Shown here: positions 52,419 through 64,000 of the stretch, piece by piece | Position numbering within the stretch: position 1 is the first letter of the stretch | Layout of the letters: every line of letters starts with the position of its first letter | Assembly: GCF_902652985.1 (NCBI RefSeq) | Contig: NC_047030.1 | Span: 33,232,001-33,296,000, forward strand | Length of the DNA stretch: 64,000 nucleotides | Direction of reading: 5' to 3' | From: Pecten maximus | Lineage: Eukaryota | Made by a program: the position numbers and the translations under genes | The notes under the pieces: model-generated | Told to the model about the DNA's origin: nothing | Databases searched by the model: none | What the model saw: only the letters and a program-made list of their open reading frames with translations

Positions 52419-52941
52419 TACGGTGGCTGATTAAGTACATGCAATGATTTTTTTTTCTAAGTTAGGGCCTAAGATAGCTATGTTAGGGCCCTAGGTTATT
52501 ATGTTATTGCCCAAGATAGCTATGTTAGGGCCCTAGGTTACAATGTTAGAGCCCTAAGATAGCAATGTTAGGGCCATAGGTTACTATGTTAGGGCTCTTG
52601 ATTACTAAGTTAGGGCCCTAAGATAGCTATGTTAGGGTCCTAGGTTACTAAGTTAGGGCCCTAAGATAGCTATGTTAGGGCCCTAGGTTACTATGTTAGG
52701 GACCCAAGATAGCTAGGTTAGGGCCCTAGGTTACTATGTTAGGGCCCTAAGATAGCTAGGTTAGGGCCCTAGGTTACTATGTTAAGGCCCTAGGTTACTA
52801 TGTTAGGGCCCTAAGATAGCTATGTTAAGGCCCTAGGTTACTATGTTAGGGCCCTAAGATAGCTATGTTAGGGCCCTAGGTTACTAAGTTAGGGCCCTAA
52901 CATAGAAAAAAATCTTTGCATGTCCTTAATCCGCCATCGTA
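52419..52941. mobile_element. MITE with about 50-bp TIRs, TA ends and an internal 21/22-bp tandem array
   Basis: The left end TACGGTGGCTGATTAAGTACATGCAATGATTTTTTTTTCT matches the reverse complement of the right end AGAAAAAAATCTTTGCATGTCCTTAATCCGCCATCGTA. The array alternates GTTAGGGCCCTAAGATAGCTAT and GTTAGGGCCCTAGGTTACTAT. Confidence 0.85.
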
Positions 52942-53421
52942 CATTTGTCTTTTGTCTCCTGGTCAACAAGTTCATTGCCTTCAATTCAGACATAGCTCAG
53001 AATCAGAAGTAAACTAATTTTGCGTTTATCAAAGATACGAGATAGTTGAACAAAATGGTTCTGTACGAGAGTGTTTTTAAGATATCGTAACTGTAAATTT
53101 TGATGAAGAGACAGAGAGTCAGACCAAATGATTGTTTTTTAAATGTAGTGTAGGATGCTTGATCACAGTAACATTGTTGTCATGCTGTTCACTGTCGTCA
53201 ATAGGAACGAAATATATGGCCAGTTTGCAGTTCAAGGCAGGAAGCCTATTGGTCCGTGTTACAGATTTAGGCGTGGTGTGATGGCAGGTCACTTGACTGT
53301 ATTGACGGCTGGGATAGAATCCGATTGTGCTGGTCAGCACCCTGCCTTTAATTTTCGTTGGTGTGTCTTTTTTGTTGATTTTGATTTTGTTGGTACTAAT
53401 GATGATGCTACCTGTTTGGTA

Positions 53422-56400
53422 GATAGTTTCGGAGGTTATTCAGCGAGACCGATTCTCTGGTAATGATATGGCTAAACATATGTCATTTAAATTCATATAT
53501 TGTCGATGGAGCCGGGCTTCGACTATGACTAGTCAATGTGGTTCTTCGACATCAGACACAAGGATTTGCTTAAAGCACTGAAATACTTTCTTTTAATTTG
53601 GGGTTTTGTGATCAGATTTGTATTGGTCTATCTAAACCTTCCTCCAATATCATCACTCTGTATGTGACGTGACGTACATGAGGGATATAGATGGATTTTA
53701 CTACGCGTGAGCGTATTGTTGTGAGAATAAGGGATAGTCATTTGTGAGATGCAGTTAGATTCAAATTAACAATATCAAAAAGCAAGTCAGACTGAAGAGG
53801 GTTCTCCAGAAACAGCTCACAGATGTTAGAATGATTATGGTACGAGTCTTACAATAAGTAGTACGCGATCTTGAAGCTGTGATGTACATGTAATGGTCTG
53901 GAACTGAGAAAAGTAGCATAAGTTTATCTCATGTGACTCTGACTTCGATATTTAAGGTATGCTGTTCAAAAAGTCTTTTATAATGTATAATCAGCAACAT
54001 GAATAATTATGCTTTATTTTATTTTACGTGCCTCTGTTATGGTGTTACATTGTTAGATTGGTGAAGTCCATGTTAAACTCGAAGCATAAGAACATTGTTT
54101 TCCTAAACAGAGATCACGGCACCTTTAAATGGATGATAATTAACCCAAATTACTCTAGTGTATCTTATAGTAGGTTTGTATCTTTTTTCGACAGTCCCAA
54201 CGATTCCTTTAAATGTTGATTTAATCTATATTAAGACCAAGGAATACAACATTTATTAAATATGTCGAAAATTTAGTGACAATATAGTTTATATACAGCA
54301 TATCTTTTTTTTTTTTTTTTTTATTTATTTTATTTTTAAGACATTATCAATACATAAATATATAAAAGTCACACACACAAACGCACATCGATTCCAGTAT
54401 GACTGGTTTGTTATCAACATATAGTCTTAATATCATCTTCAATGTCATCATTACTTATATTTTTCATCATCATAGTCTCTTCATCCCACTTAAACATTAA
54501 AATATACAGCATATCTTATATATATATTTCCGAACAATGATTTGATCATGTATTGTAGTAAGTATAGATGTGTATTCATTATAACTGGCGTTATGATTAA
54601 ACATGTTTTAATTTTAAGGTAAAATTTGTGAGGCACCATCTAATAAATGTCAAACGAGCCAGTTTTCAATGCTAGAAAGTCGACAGTGGAAAAGTGCACA
54701 CGGTTTATATTTTAATTTATGGAAATATATTCTGTTGCATATGTTGCGTGTGCAATTGCATAACAACCTACGCAATTCTCACCTGAACCTGATACAGTGG
54801 TAGATGGTTTAAGTTCTGTTTATTTGCTATTGAATTCAAGTCACATCATTAAAATGAATTAAAATATTTAAAGGTGCACGCTCTTTCTTTAAAATGGCAT
54901 GATTTAGACCCAGGGTACGATAGATGTAATTTTGTATTGTGTGTACTATATATACAAAATGGTGGTGAAGTGTGTTCTGTGTACCATACTCTGTCATAAT
55001 TGGAAGACTATCAATCATATGTATTATTACTGTGTGTATCAGATGATAGATGTATATATTTAAAAATAGTATTGGGTAATAATAAATTCCAATCAAGAGA
55101 CCAATGGGTTCTTTTTTCACTCTTTGTTATCGGTATCATATACGAATGATGGTATTTATGGCGAACGCAGCAATATAGCATCAACCGGAAGTCTGTTATT
55201 TTGACAGCACCCTTTTTACCTGAAAATATCTCTACATACACCATTGATCGCTTTGATTTATAAAGTCAAGATCCATATCGAGGATAGAGAAATAAAATAA
55301 ATTGATTCTGATCCTTGATTATGTATATATTGATTGATTTTTGCATAGAACATAACTTGTCATATTCCCTTAAAATCCTGCATTCAAATTTTTTTTTTTT
55401 GAACGGCCTTGTTTTGTTAATAATGCAGGTCACCACTGTCGTCAATGAATAGAAAAAAATGCATACATGTGATTACTGTCCCATACTTAGCATTTCCATG
55501 GCATTAACTTGCAAAACATGTTTGGGTATGTTTACTTGTGCAGTTTATTTTTCCAAAATATGGAAATATATTCAGTAGCACGTGTTGCGTGTATAATTAC
55601 ACACCTACCTATTGAATAATTGCACGAACACTACGATAGGTTCAGACGATAGATGGTACGTATATCATATCTTCTCTGTTAAACTAAAGTTATATACACA
55701 CATTTCAAAACATTAAAGCGAGCGAAATCGTCAATAACACTAGGCATATAAAGAAGAAGAAGTAAACACCTTTTTATTCTTTTTTATTATTATTATTTAG
55801 TTTAATCGTGAAGTTAATTATCATGTAAACATGATTTGGATACACAAATTCTACGTGGTAAAAATGGATTTATGCAAATTAGTAAAAAGTTACGATATTT
55901 ATCTTGGCCTTTGACCCTGTTACCTTTACGTCTGACTCAGTGATATTGTCTATTGGTCAGTTGACCAAATGCTTAATTCTGACTAACATTGTTTCATGGA
56001 AGATCAGTGAAAAGGTACAAAAAATATCTTGACCTTTGACTCAGTGACCTTGATTATTAACCTAGCAAATCTTAACTCCTTGTTTACTTCTGACCAGTAT
56101 TGCTTCAAAATGTTCCTAAGTGAAATGATAGAAAATGAAACTTGGCATCTTAACCAGTATCCTTGATATTTGTTCAATTTAATCATTGTTTAATCCAACA
56201 AGCTTGACTTCATGGTGTCATCACAAACTGTTCATCAGCAAAGATAGAAAATACAACAGACATTTCCCCATTTGACCTTGACTTTCTTATCTAGTTCCGC
56301 CATGTTTTCTCGACGTGTTATAAGAACATATTCATAAGCAAACAAATACATATCTGTCCTGGACCTTTCGATCTAATGACCTTGATCTGTCGTTATGTTA

Positions 56401-59400
56401 CCATAGTGTTCACTTTTATATACATACTAAACTTCTTGACCACGTTTCATGCAAATCGGCCAATAAATGCTATCAATATCAGCCGAGAACAAAATGATAG
56501 ATTGACGTCCTTGTGTATGTCAGCTTTTATCGTGTCGAGAACATCTTTTCTTTAAATTGGGCAAGAAGCGTGCAATTTTGTGTGTACACCAGTTGCATTA
56601 ATCAACGTTCAGTGCCTTAGATTTAAAACATAAACTTTTCCTTATTGACAGAGCTATCTCCACTTGTTCAAATGTCTATTGTCCACCACCTGCCAACCCG
56701 TCATATCGACTTTTTTGTGTTACACGCAAGGGATAAGATTTCATTTGTGCGCAGTTACGTTTCGGTGCATCGAGAACATAACATACTTGTATTCCGATAC
56801 ACAGGACATGATATACGAAAACTGACATCACCAACTATAATGATAGTTTCGGAGGTTATTCAGCGAGACCGATTCTCTGGTAATGATATGGCTAAACATA
56901 TGTCATTTAAATTCATATATTGTCGATGGAGCCGGGCTTCGACTATGACTAGTCAATGTGGTTCTTCGACATCAGACACAAGGATTTGCTTAAAGCACTG
57001 AAATACTTTCTTTTAATTTGGGGTTTTGTGATCAGATTTGTATTGGTCTATCTAAACCTTCCTCCAATATCATCACTCTGTATGTGACGTGACGTACATG
57101 AGGGATATAGATGGATTTTACTACGCGTGAGCGTATTGTTGTGAGAATAAGGGATAGTCATTTGTGAGATGCAGTTAGATTCAAATTAACAATATCAAAA
57201 AGCAAGTCAGACTGAAGAGGGTTCTCCAGAAACAGCTCACAGATGTTAGAATGATTATGGTACGAGTCTTACAATAAGTAGTACGCGATCTTGAAGCTGT
57301 GATGTACATGTAATGGTCTGGAACTGAGAAAAGTAGCATAAGTTTATCTCATGTGACTCTGACTTCGATATTTAAGGTATGCTGTTCAAAAAGTCTTTTA
57401 TAATGTATAATCAGCAACATGTATAATTATGCTTTATTTTATTTTACGTGCCTCTGTTATGGTGTTACATTGTTAGATTGGTGAAGTCCATGTTAAACTC
57501 GAAGCATAAGAACATTGTTTTCCTAAACAGAGATCACGGCACCTTTAAATGGATGATAATTAACCCAAATTACTCTAGTGTATCTTATAGTAGGTTTGTA
57601 TCTTTTTTCGACAGTCCCAACGATTCCTTTAAATGCTGATTTAATCTATATTAAGACCAAGGAATACAACATTTATTAAATATGTCGAAAATTTAGTGAC
57701 AATATAGTTTATATACAGCATATCTTTTTTTTTTTTTTTTTATATTTATTTTATTTTTAAGACATTATCAATACATAAATATATAAAAGTCACACACACA
57801 AACGCACATCGATTCCAGTATGACTGGTTTGTTATCAACATATAGTCTTAATATCATCTTCAATGTCATCATTACTTATATTTTTCATCATCATAGTCTC
57901 TTCATCCCACTTAAACATTAAAATATACAGCATATCTTATATATATATTTCCGAACGATGATTTGATCATGTATTGTAGTAAGTATAGATGTGTATTCAT
58001 TATAACTGGCGTTATGATTAAACATGTTTTAATTTTAAGGTAAAATTTGTGAGGCACCATCTAATAAATGTCAAACGAGCCAGTTTTCAATGCTAGAAAG
58101 TCGACAGTGGAAAAGTGCACATGGTTTATATTTTAATTTATGGAAATATATTCTGTTGCATATGTTGCGTGTGCAATTGCATAACAACCTACGCAATTCT
58201 CACCTGAACCTGATACAGTGGTAGATGGTTTAAGTTCTGTTTATTTGCTATTGAATTCAAGTCACATCATTAAAATGAATTAAAATATTTAAAGGTGCAC
58301 GCTCTTTCTTTAAAATGGCATGATTTAGACCCAGGGTACGATAGATGTAATTCTGTATTGTGTGTACTATATATATACAAAATGGTGGTGAAGTGTGTTC
58401 TGTGTACCATACTCTGTCATAATTGGAAGACTATCAATCATATGTATTATTACTGTGTGTATCAGATGATAGATGTATATATTTAAAAATAGTATTGGGT
58501 AATAGTAAATTCCAATCAAGAGGCCAGTGGGTTCTATTTTCACTCTTTGTTATCGGTATCATATACGAATGATGGTATTTATGGCGAACGCAGCAATATA
58601 GCATCAACCGGAAGTCTGTTATTTTGACAGCACCCTTTTTATCTGCAAATATCTCTACATACACCATTGATCGCTTTGATTGATAAAGTCAAGATCCATA
58701 TCGAGGATAGAGAAATAAGATAAATTGATTCTGATCCTTGATTATGTATATATTGATTGATTTTTGCATTTAACATAACTTGTCATATTCCCTTAAAATC
58801 CTGCATTCAAATTTTTTTTTTGAACGGCCTTGTTTTGTTAATAATGCAGGTCACCACTGTCGTCAATGAATAGAAAAAAATGCATACATGTGATTACTGT
58901 CCCATACTTAGCATTTCCATGGCATTAACTTGCAAAACATGTTTGGGTATGTTTACTTGTGCAGTTTATTTTTCCAAAATATGGAAATATATTCAGTAGC
59001 ACGTGTTACGTGTATAATTACACACCTACCTATTGAATAATTGCACGAACCCTACGATAGGTTCAGACGATAGATGGTACGTATATCATATGTTCTCTGT
59101 TAAACTAAAGTTATATACACACATTTCAAAACATTAAAGCGAGCGAAATCGTCAATAACACTAGGCATATAAAGAAGAAGAAGTAAACACCATTTTATTC
59201 TTTTTTATTATTATTATTTAGTTTAATCGTGAAGTTAATTATCATGTAAACATGATTTGGATACACAAATTCTACGTGGTAAAAATGGATTTATGCAAAT
59301 TAGTAAAAAGTTACGATATTTACCTTGGCCTTTGACCCTGTTACCTTTACGTCTGACTCAGTGATATTGTCTATTGGACAGTTGACCAAATGCTTAATTC

Positions 59401-60262
59401 TGACTAACATTGTTTCATGGAAGATCAGTGAAAAGGTACAAAAAATATCTTGACCTTTGACTCAGTGACCTTGATTATTAACCTAGCAAATCTTAACTCC
59501 TTGTTTACTTCTGACCAGTATTGCTTCAAAATGTTCGTAAGTGAAATGATAGAAAATGAAACTTGGCATCTTAACCAGTATCCTTGATATTTGTTCAATT
59601 TAATCATTGTTTAATCCAACAAGCTTGACTTCATGGTGTCATCACAAACTGTTCATCAGCAAAGATAGAAAATACAACAGACATTTCCCCATGTGACCTT
59701 GACTTTCTGATCTAGTTCCGCCATGTTTTCTCGACGTGTTATAAGAACATATTCATAAGTAAACAAATACATATTTGTCCTGGACCTTTCGATCTAATGA
59801 CCTTGATCTTTCGTTATGTTACCATAGTGTTCACTTTTATATACTAAACTTCTTGACCACGTTTCATGCAAATCGGTCAATAAATACTATCAATATCAGC
59901 CGAGAACAAAATGGTAGATTGACGTCCTTGTGTATGTCAGCTTTTATCGTGTCGAGAACATCTTTTCTTTAAATTGGGCAAGAAGCGTGAAATTTTGTGT
60001 GTACATCCAGTTGCATTAATCAACGTTCAGTGCCTTAGATTTAAAACATAAACTTTTCCTTATTGACAGAGCTATCTCCACTTGTTCAAATGTCTATTGT
60101 CCACCACCTGCCAACCCGTCATATCGACTTTTTTTGTGTTACACGCAAGGGATAAGATTTCATTTGTGCGCAGTTACGTTTCGGTGCATCGAGAACATAA
60201 CATACTTGTATTCCGATACATAGGACATGATATACGAAAACTGACATCACCAACTATAATGA
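53422..60262. repeat. near-identical tandem duplication, 3420-bp unit (53422-56841 and 56842-60262)
   Basis: Both units start GATAGTTTCGGAGG and end CACCAACTATAAT. There is GA microhomology at the junction and only scattered differences. Confidence 0.95.
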
Positions 60263-60947
60263 CCTTACATATGATTAACTGTATAGATATTCATGTTGTT
60301 GATATGAAGTATTCCACCATAAAAATGGAGTTTAATTGCGAATTAGCTTGCGTAACAGTTCTCCAAGTGAAACAAGTTACATTGTTTTTCGCTAGATTTG
60401 CGTAACGGATTACAATTCGTAGTATTTTCTGGTTCGTTGTCATTGGCTAGCACTTTGAAATGACTTCTTTGATGTGTTTAATTTTTGGCAAATACATTCT
60501 AAACCAGATGATTTCAGTTGGCTTAAGTTACATTTGTTGGGACCATAATGATTGTCAGGTGAAACATGATTGTTTTGAGTTTTGAGGGTTTTTTTTTGAC
60601 AAGATCCCTAAAATACCAAATACCCTAAATCGTTCTATTTTAACTAAAATGACTAATTATACTGGTTGGATAAATTTCCCTTGCTGGGATTGCCTCATAA
60701 TTGAGAGACAGTCTAAGGGTATGATTTTGGAACAAAATACCTTCTATAGAACACACCACTTTTAATTAAAGGCTCGTAATCAGTGTCGTATTGTAATTTA
60801 TACTCACATATGTTTTACAAGTTAATGTTTACCAAAGCCTAATGTACTGGTGAATAAAATACAGGTTTCAAGTTTCAACCTTCTGTTATTGTTATCGGAA
60901 TCATAATCACTCGGGTGTTTAGACCAACGCGATGTTTTGAGTTTTTT

Positions 60948-62226
60948 TTAAATATATTTACATTTGGATGGCAAAGCCATGATATAAACAAACTAAACGA
61001 ATTTGCAGTCTATGAGAGTATAACTGACACCCAAAGCGTGACGACATTCTATGCATAACTGACACCCAAATCGTGCATTCGGGTGTTATTCATACGCGAC
61101 CGGATCCCCCGGAACTACTTGCAACCAATGTAAACAAATGGCATCTTATCATTGCTCATCATGCTATCGGATAGAGTACGAGACCAGAAAACAAATCTTA
61201 AAATGTAAAACGAAAATAAAGGTAAGAATGGTTAACAATCACGAAAATGGAAATAAAACAAGATTTAATAAACACATATGTTGACAGATATTTGTTCCGG
61301 GGCCAGAGTGGAAAATCATTACACACCACATTGTTTGCGCGCCACCGCCATCCAGTGTTTGAATGACAAAAATTTTGAAACCCGACACATCATGTTTATG
61401 TCAAATCATAAGAACGAGGCTTCTCTCCGGTCGTATAATAGAACAGTTTCTTCTTCACAAAAGAAAGCATCAAGTGGTGCCCGTCACAAGCAACGTTGTC
61501 GCTGAAGCTCGTCTAACTCCCTCGGCCACTGTCACTTCTTACATTGGTCGTATCCCTGACACCGGTGCTGTTGTAGCTACTATAAACTGTAATCAGGTTT
61601 CCATGCAATCAAAGAACATGTTTACATCTGGTTTTTTGGCGAATTCCACTTTCTCCCACTGCACATTCAACTTTCATAGCTAAACTCTGTCAATGCTGTC
61701 AGCCGTTGCGTGCGCGTGGTGACGGGTGAAATTTCCATCCGCATAATTGTTCCGGATGGTAAATTAAAAAAAAATCCGAAATCGTTAATAAACTGAATAA
61801 TTCATCCGTATATTCTGAAATACTGACTACCAATATTATTGATATTGTTATTAAAATATCTGATGATGTTTTCAGTATTTTTTTAATTATTTCCATGCAC
61901 TATTTTTTTTTATTTTTTTTTGCCAATCAGCACGTGAATCACAATAGGCTGTTCAATTTGTTGACCTCTGACAACGGAAACGTCGGTAAAAGTCAGATTT
62001 CAAATTATAATGAAAATTAAAGTTGAAATCGAAAAGAAACTAATATAGAAAACGTAAATATAAGCATTAAACTGTCTTTTTATGGATTATATGGTCTATA
62101 TAGATGCCAGAGCTTTGCAGACAATCATTTCATAATGCGCTAGCGCGCATTATGAAAATTGTCTGCAAAGCTCTGGCATCTATATAGACCATATAATCCA
62201 TAAAAAGACAGTTTAATGCTTAAGTA
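60948..62226 (+). mobile_element. internally deleted Crypton-like (tyrosine recombinase) element
   Basis: ORF 61278-61505 contains HYTPHCLRAT..IMFMSNHKNEASLRSY, matching the H-x-L-R...H...Y C-terminal half of a tyrosine recombinase. A frameshifted tail ends FSHCTFNFH. TTAA occurs at both putative ends and there is a long terminal palindrome. The left end is tentative. Confidence 0.8.
62061..62222. repeat. 162-bp palindrome (arms of 80 and 78 bp, 4-nt loop TAGC, one 2-nt bulge)
   Basis: TAAGCATTAAACTGTC...CATAATGCGC-TAGC-GCGCATTATG...GACAGTTTAATGCTTA. Confidence 0.97.
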
Positions 62227-62444
62227 AACGGCAAAGATGTAAAAATGCAAAAATCTAATAACTCCTGAGTTCCAAACGTTTTCGATGTTTATTGTGCTCG
62301 GGCTCTTGGTAAAAATCTGCCAATCTCAAAACGCAAAACATGTTTTTGACATTTTATAATTTCATTTTATTAATAACCTAAAAAATCTAAATTTTGATGT
62401 TGTGGTTTAAAAACCGTATAGAGACAAATTACGATCTCATCATA

Positions 62445-63024
62445 CTAAATACATTCATTCGAGAGGCTTAAGCAAAGAAGGCACACCTTGTAGCCGTGTT
62501 CTGCCATGTTGAAAAGGCCTATGATGCAACTTTGCAATATGGCATCATGAAAGATCATCATAGGTGGAAACATCCTCAATTTCATATTAATACCCATCAG
62601 ATATGAGTCCCACGGTGTGGAATCCTATCAGCTTACCTGATTTGTCTTAAAATCAACGATATGATAAAGAGTCTTGGTCAGACAACAGAAGGGTCGTTAT
62701 TCATGAATGACTTTTTGATCTGTTACAGATATAAGAACATGAACACGATGGAAAAATGAATTCAGCACTCCAAACTGTGTGCATGCATTTCTGCAAAAAC
62801 GAAAAGCACACAATGACCCAAATCTTACATATGATGGCACAAAAACCTCTGTCGTCGACAAATTAAATTTCTTCGTGATTTATTTTATGCTCTCTTCATA
62901 CCACTCAAAATTTATCTAAATGATTAGTGTTCCAAGGCGTTAAACATTATACAGATCCTATCTCATACAGATTGGGAAGTGGACCATGAAATGATTTTGC
63001 GTATCTATACATCACTTATTCGAG
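62445..63024 (+). mobile_element. degraded non-LTR retrotransposon RT fragment (I/Nimb-like)
   Basis: Broken frames give HLVAVFCHVEKAYDATLQYGIMKD, GSLFMNDFLICYRYKNMNTME, KTVCMHFC and CSKALNIIQILSHTDWEVDHEMILRIYTSLIR. These resemble DLEKAYD, LFVDD and WGAD..LYRSLIR of I-group RTs. Confidence 0.75.
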
Positions 63025-63399
63025 AGTCGGGAGTTTTTCAACTAATCAAAATTCGAACACTCAAAACCTACTTTGAACAAGTGTTCAACCCAAAATACAA
63101 AAACGGACTTACGCAAAAAAAAAAAAAAAAAAAATTGATATCCGAATTTCATATTTTCTTCAAAACTTCAACATAAAATTGACAAACATAACGGGACTTG
63201 ATACATCTCCTGCTCACCCATAGCAATGGTCACATTTAAACATATACCTGCCGATGTGTGTGTTATTAATATGCTGGAATAAACAACTTACTGACTGAAT
63301 AACCTCCAATGTAGTTGTTCCTCGGGAGCATTAATCAGGACTACTGATATTTTTTCCTGTCGGTGTACTATCTGGTTAAAATGTTCCCCACAACTGTGT

Positions 63400-63570
63400 G
63401 CACATGATCATGAGTAACCATCCATATTGAATAAGGTGGTTGCCCACACGGCTACACACTTTCATGTGTAACCATCCATCCGGGATCCCATGATGGTCCA
63501 TACGGCTACACACTATCATGTGTAACCATCCATCCGGGATACCATGGTGGTCCACACGGCTAGACACTTT
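63400..63570. repeat. 54-bp tandem repeat, about 3 copies, upstream of the second SLC6
   Basis: CGGCTA recurs at 63449, 63503 and 63557 within near-identical units. Confidence 0.85.
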
Positions 63571-63717
63571 ACTTGCTGGTGAGAGGAAGTGAAATCGTAG
63601 GTGAAATACAAGTGCAATTAACACGCAATAAGAACCATTATCAACAGACTAGGCTTAGTTAGTCGTTACAAGTGATTGACATAACTTCTAAACCAGTTTC
63701 GAAGAAGCAGACAGAAG

Positions 63718-63841
63718 ATGCCAAATCAGGCCCGCGGAAACTGGTCCAACCGACTTGAATTTCTTTTCTCGTGTATTGGAGTCACTGTTGGACTCGGAAA
63801 CATCTGGAGGTTTCCTTATATCTGTTACAAAAATGGTGGAG
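63718..63841 (+). CDS. first coding exon of a tandem SLC6 paralog; the gene continues beyond the window
   Basis: [41 protein letters not shown]|gtaagt. The exon and the following intron sequence closely match 41981-42260. Confidence 0.9.
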
Positions 63842-64000
63842 GTAAGTTTAATATTACATTTAATTTACATGTGCTCGATTTACAGTGTGTGTGCATGTCT
63901 GTAATACATTTTTTTTCTGCAAATCATTTTATTATATCTGAATGGTAATTGACTTCCCTTTGGTCTGGATCTTTTTTTGAGTAGTTGTAACGCAAATAAT

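Noticed and set aside
52460-52905. Regular palindromic repeats resembling a CRISPR array or interstitial telomere
   Set aside because: There are no unique spacers, no cas genes and no (TTAGGG)n run. The array is internal to a MITE in a eukaryotic genome.

Overview
AT-rich, intron-containing eukaryotic DNA with three scaffold gaps. The repeat landscape (Helentron/HINE-like elements, V- and Meta-type SINEs, frequent TACATGTA) suggests a bivalve mollusc; this is an inference. Genes rebuilt by hand from GT-AG junctions: (1) a 4-exon MICOS10 (+); (2) a 6-exon membrane protein (-) with signal peptide, IgGFc-binding domain, mucin stalk, C-type lectin domain and TM helix, carrying one frameshift; (3) two divergent 2-exon cyclase-family (kynurenine formamidase/isatin hydrolase-like) genes with signal peptides and GPI-like tails, plus a truncated third copy; (4) a complete 13-exon SLC6 transporter and the first exon of a tandem paralog. 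Mobile DNA includes a 5'-truncated Penelope-like retroelement with a variant hammerhead ribozyme, a solo LTR, a degraded I/Nimb-like LINE, MITEs, SINEs, and a Crypton-like tyrosine-recombinase relic ending in a 162-bp palindrome. Two non-coding elements of unrelated sequence share that terminal architecture. There are two multi-kb tandem duplications. The best candidates for new biology are the hairpin-terminated tyrosine-recombinase elements and the surface-anchored cyclases next to an atypical SLC6 cluster. Most short ORFs in the supplied track are spurious. Family assignments come from recalled motifs, not database searches.
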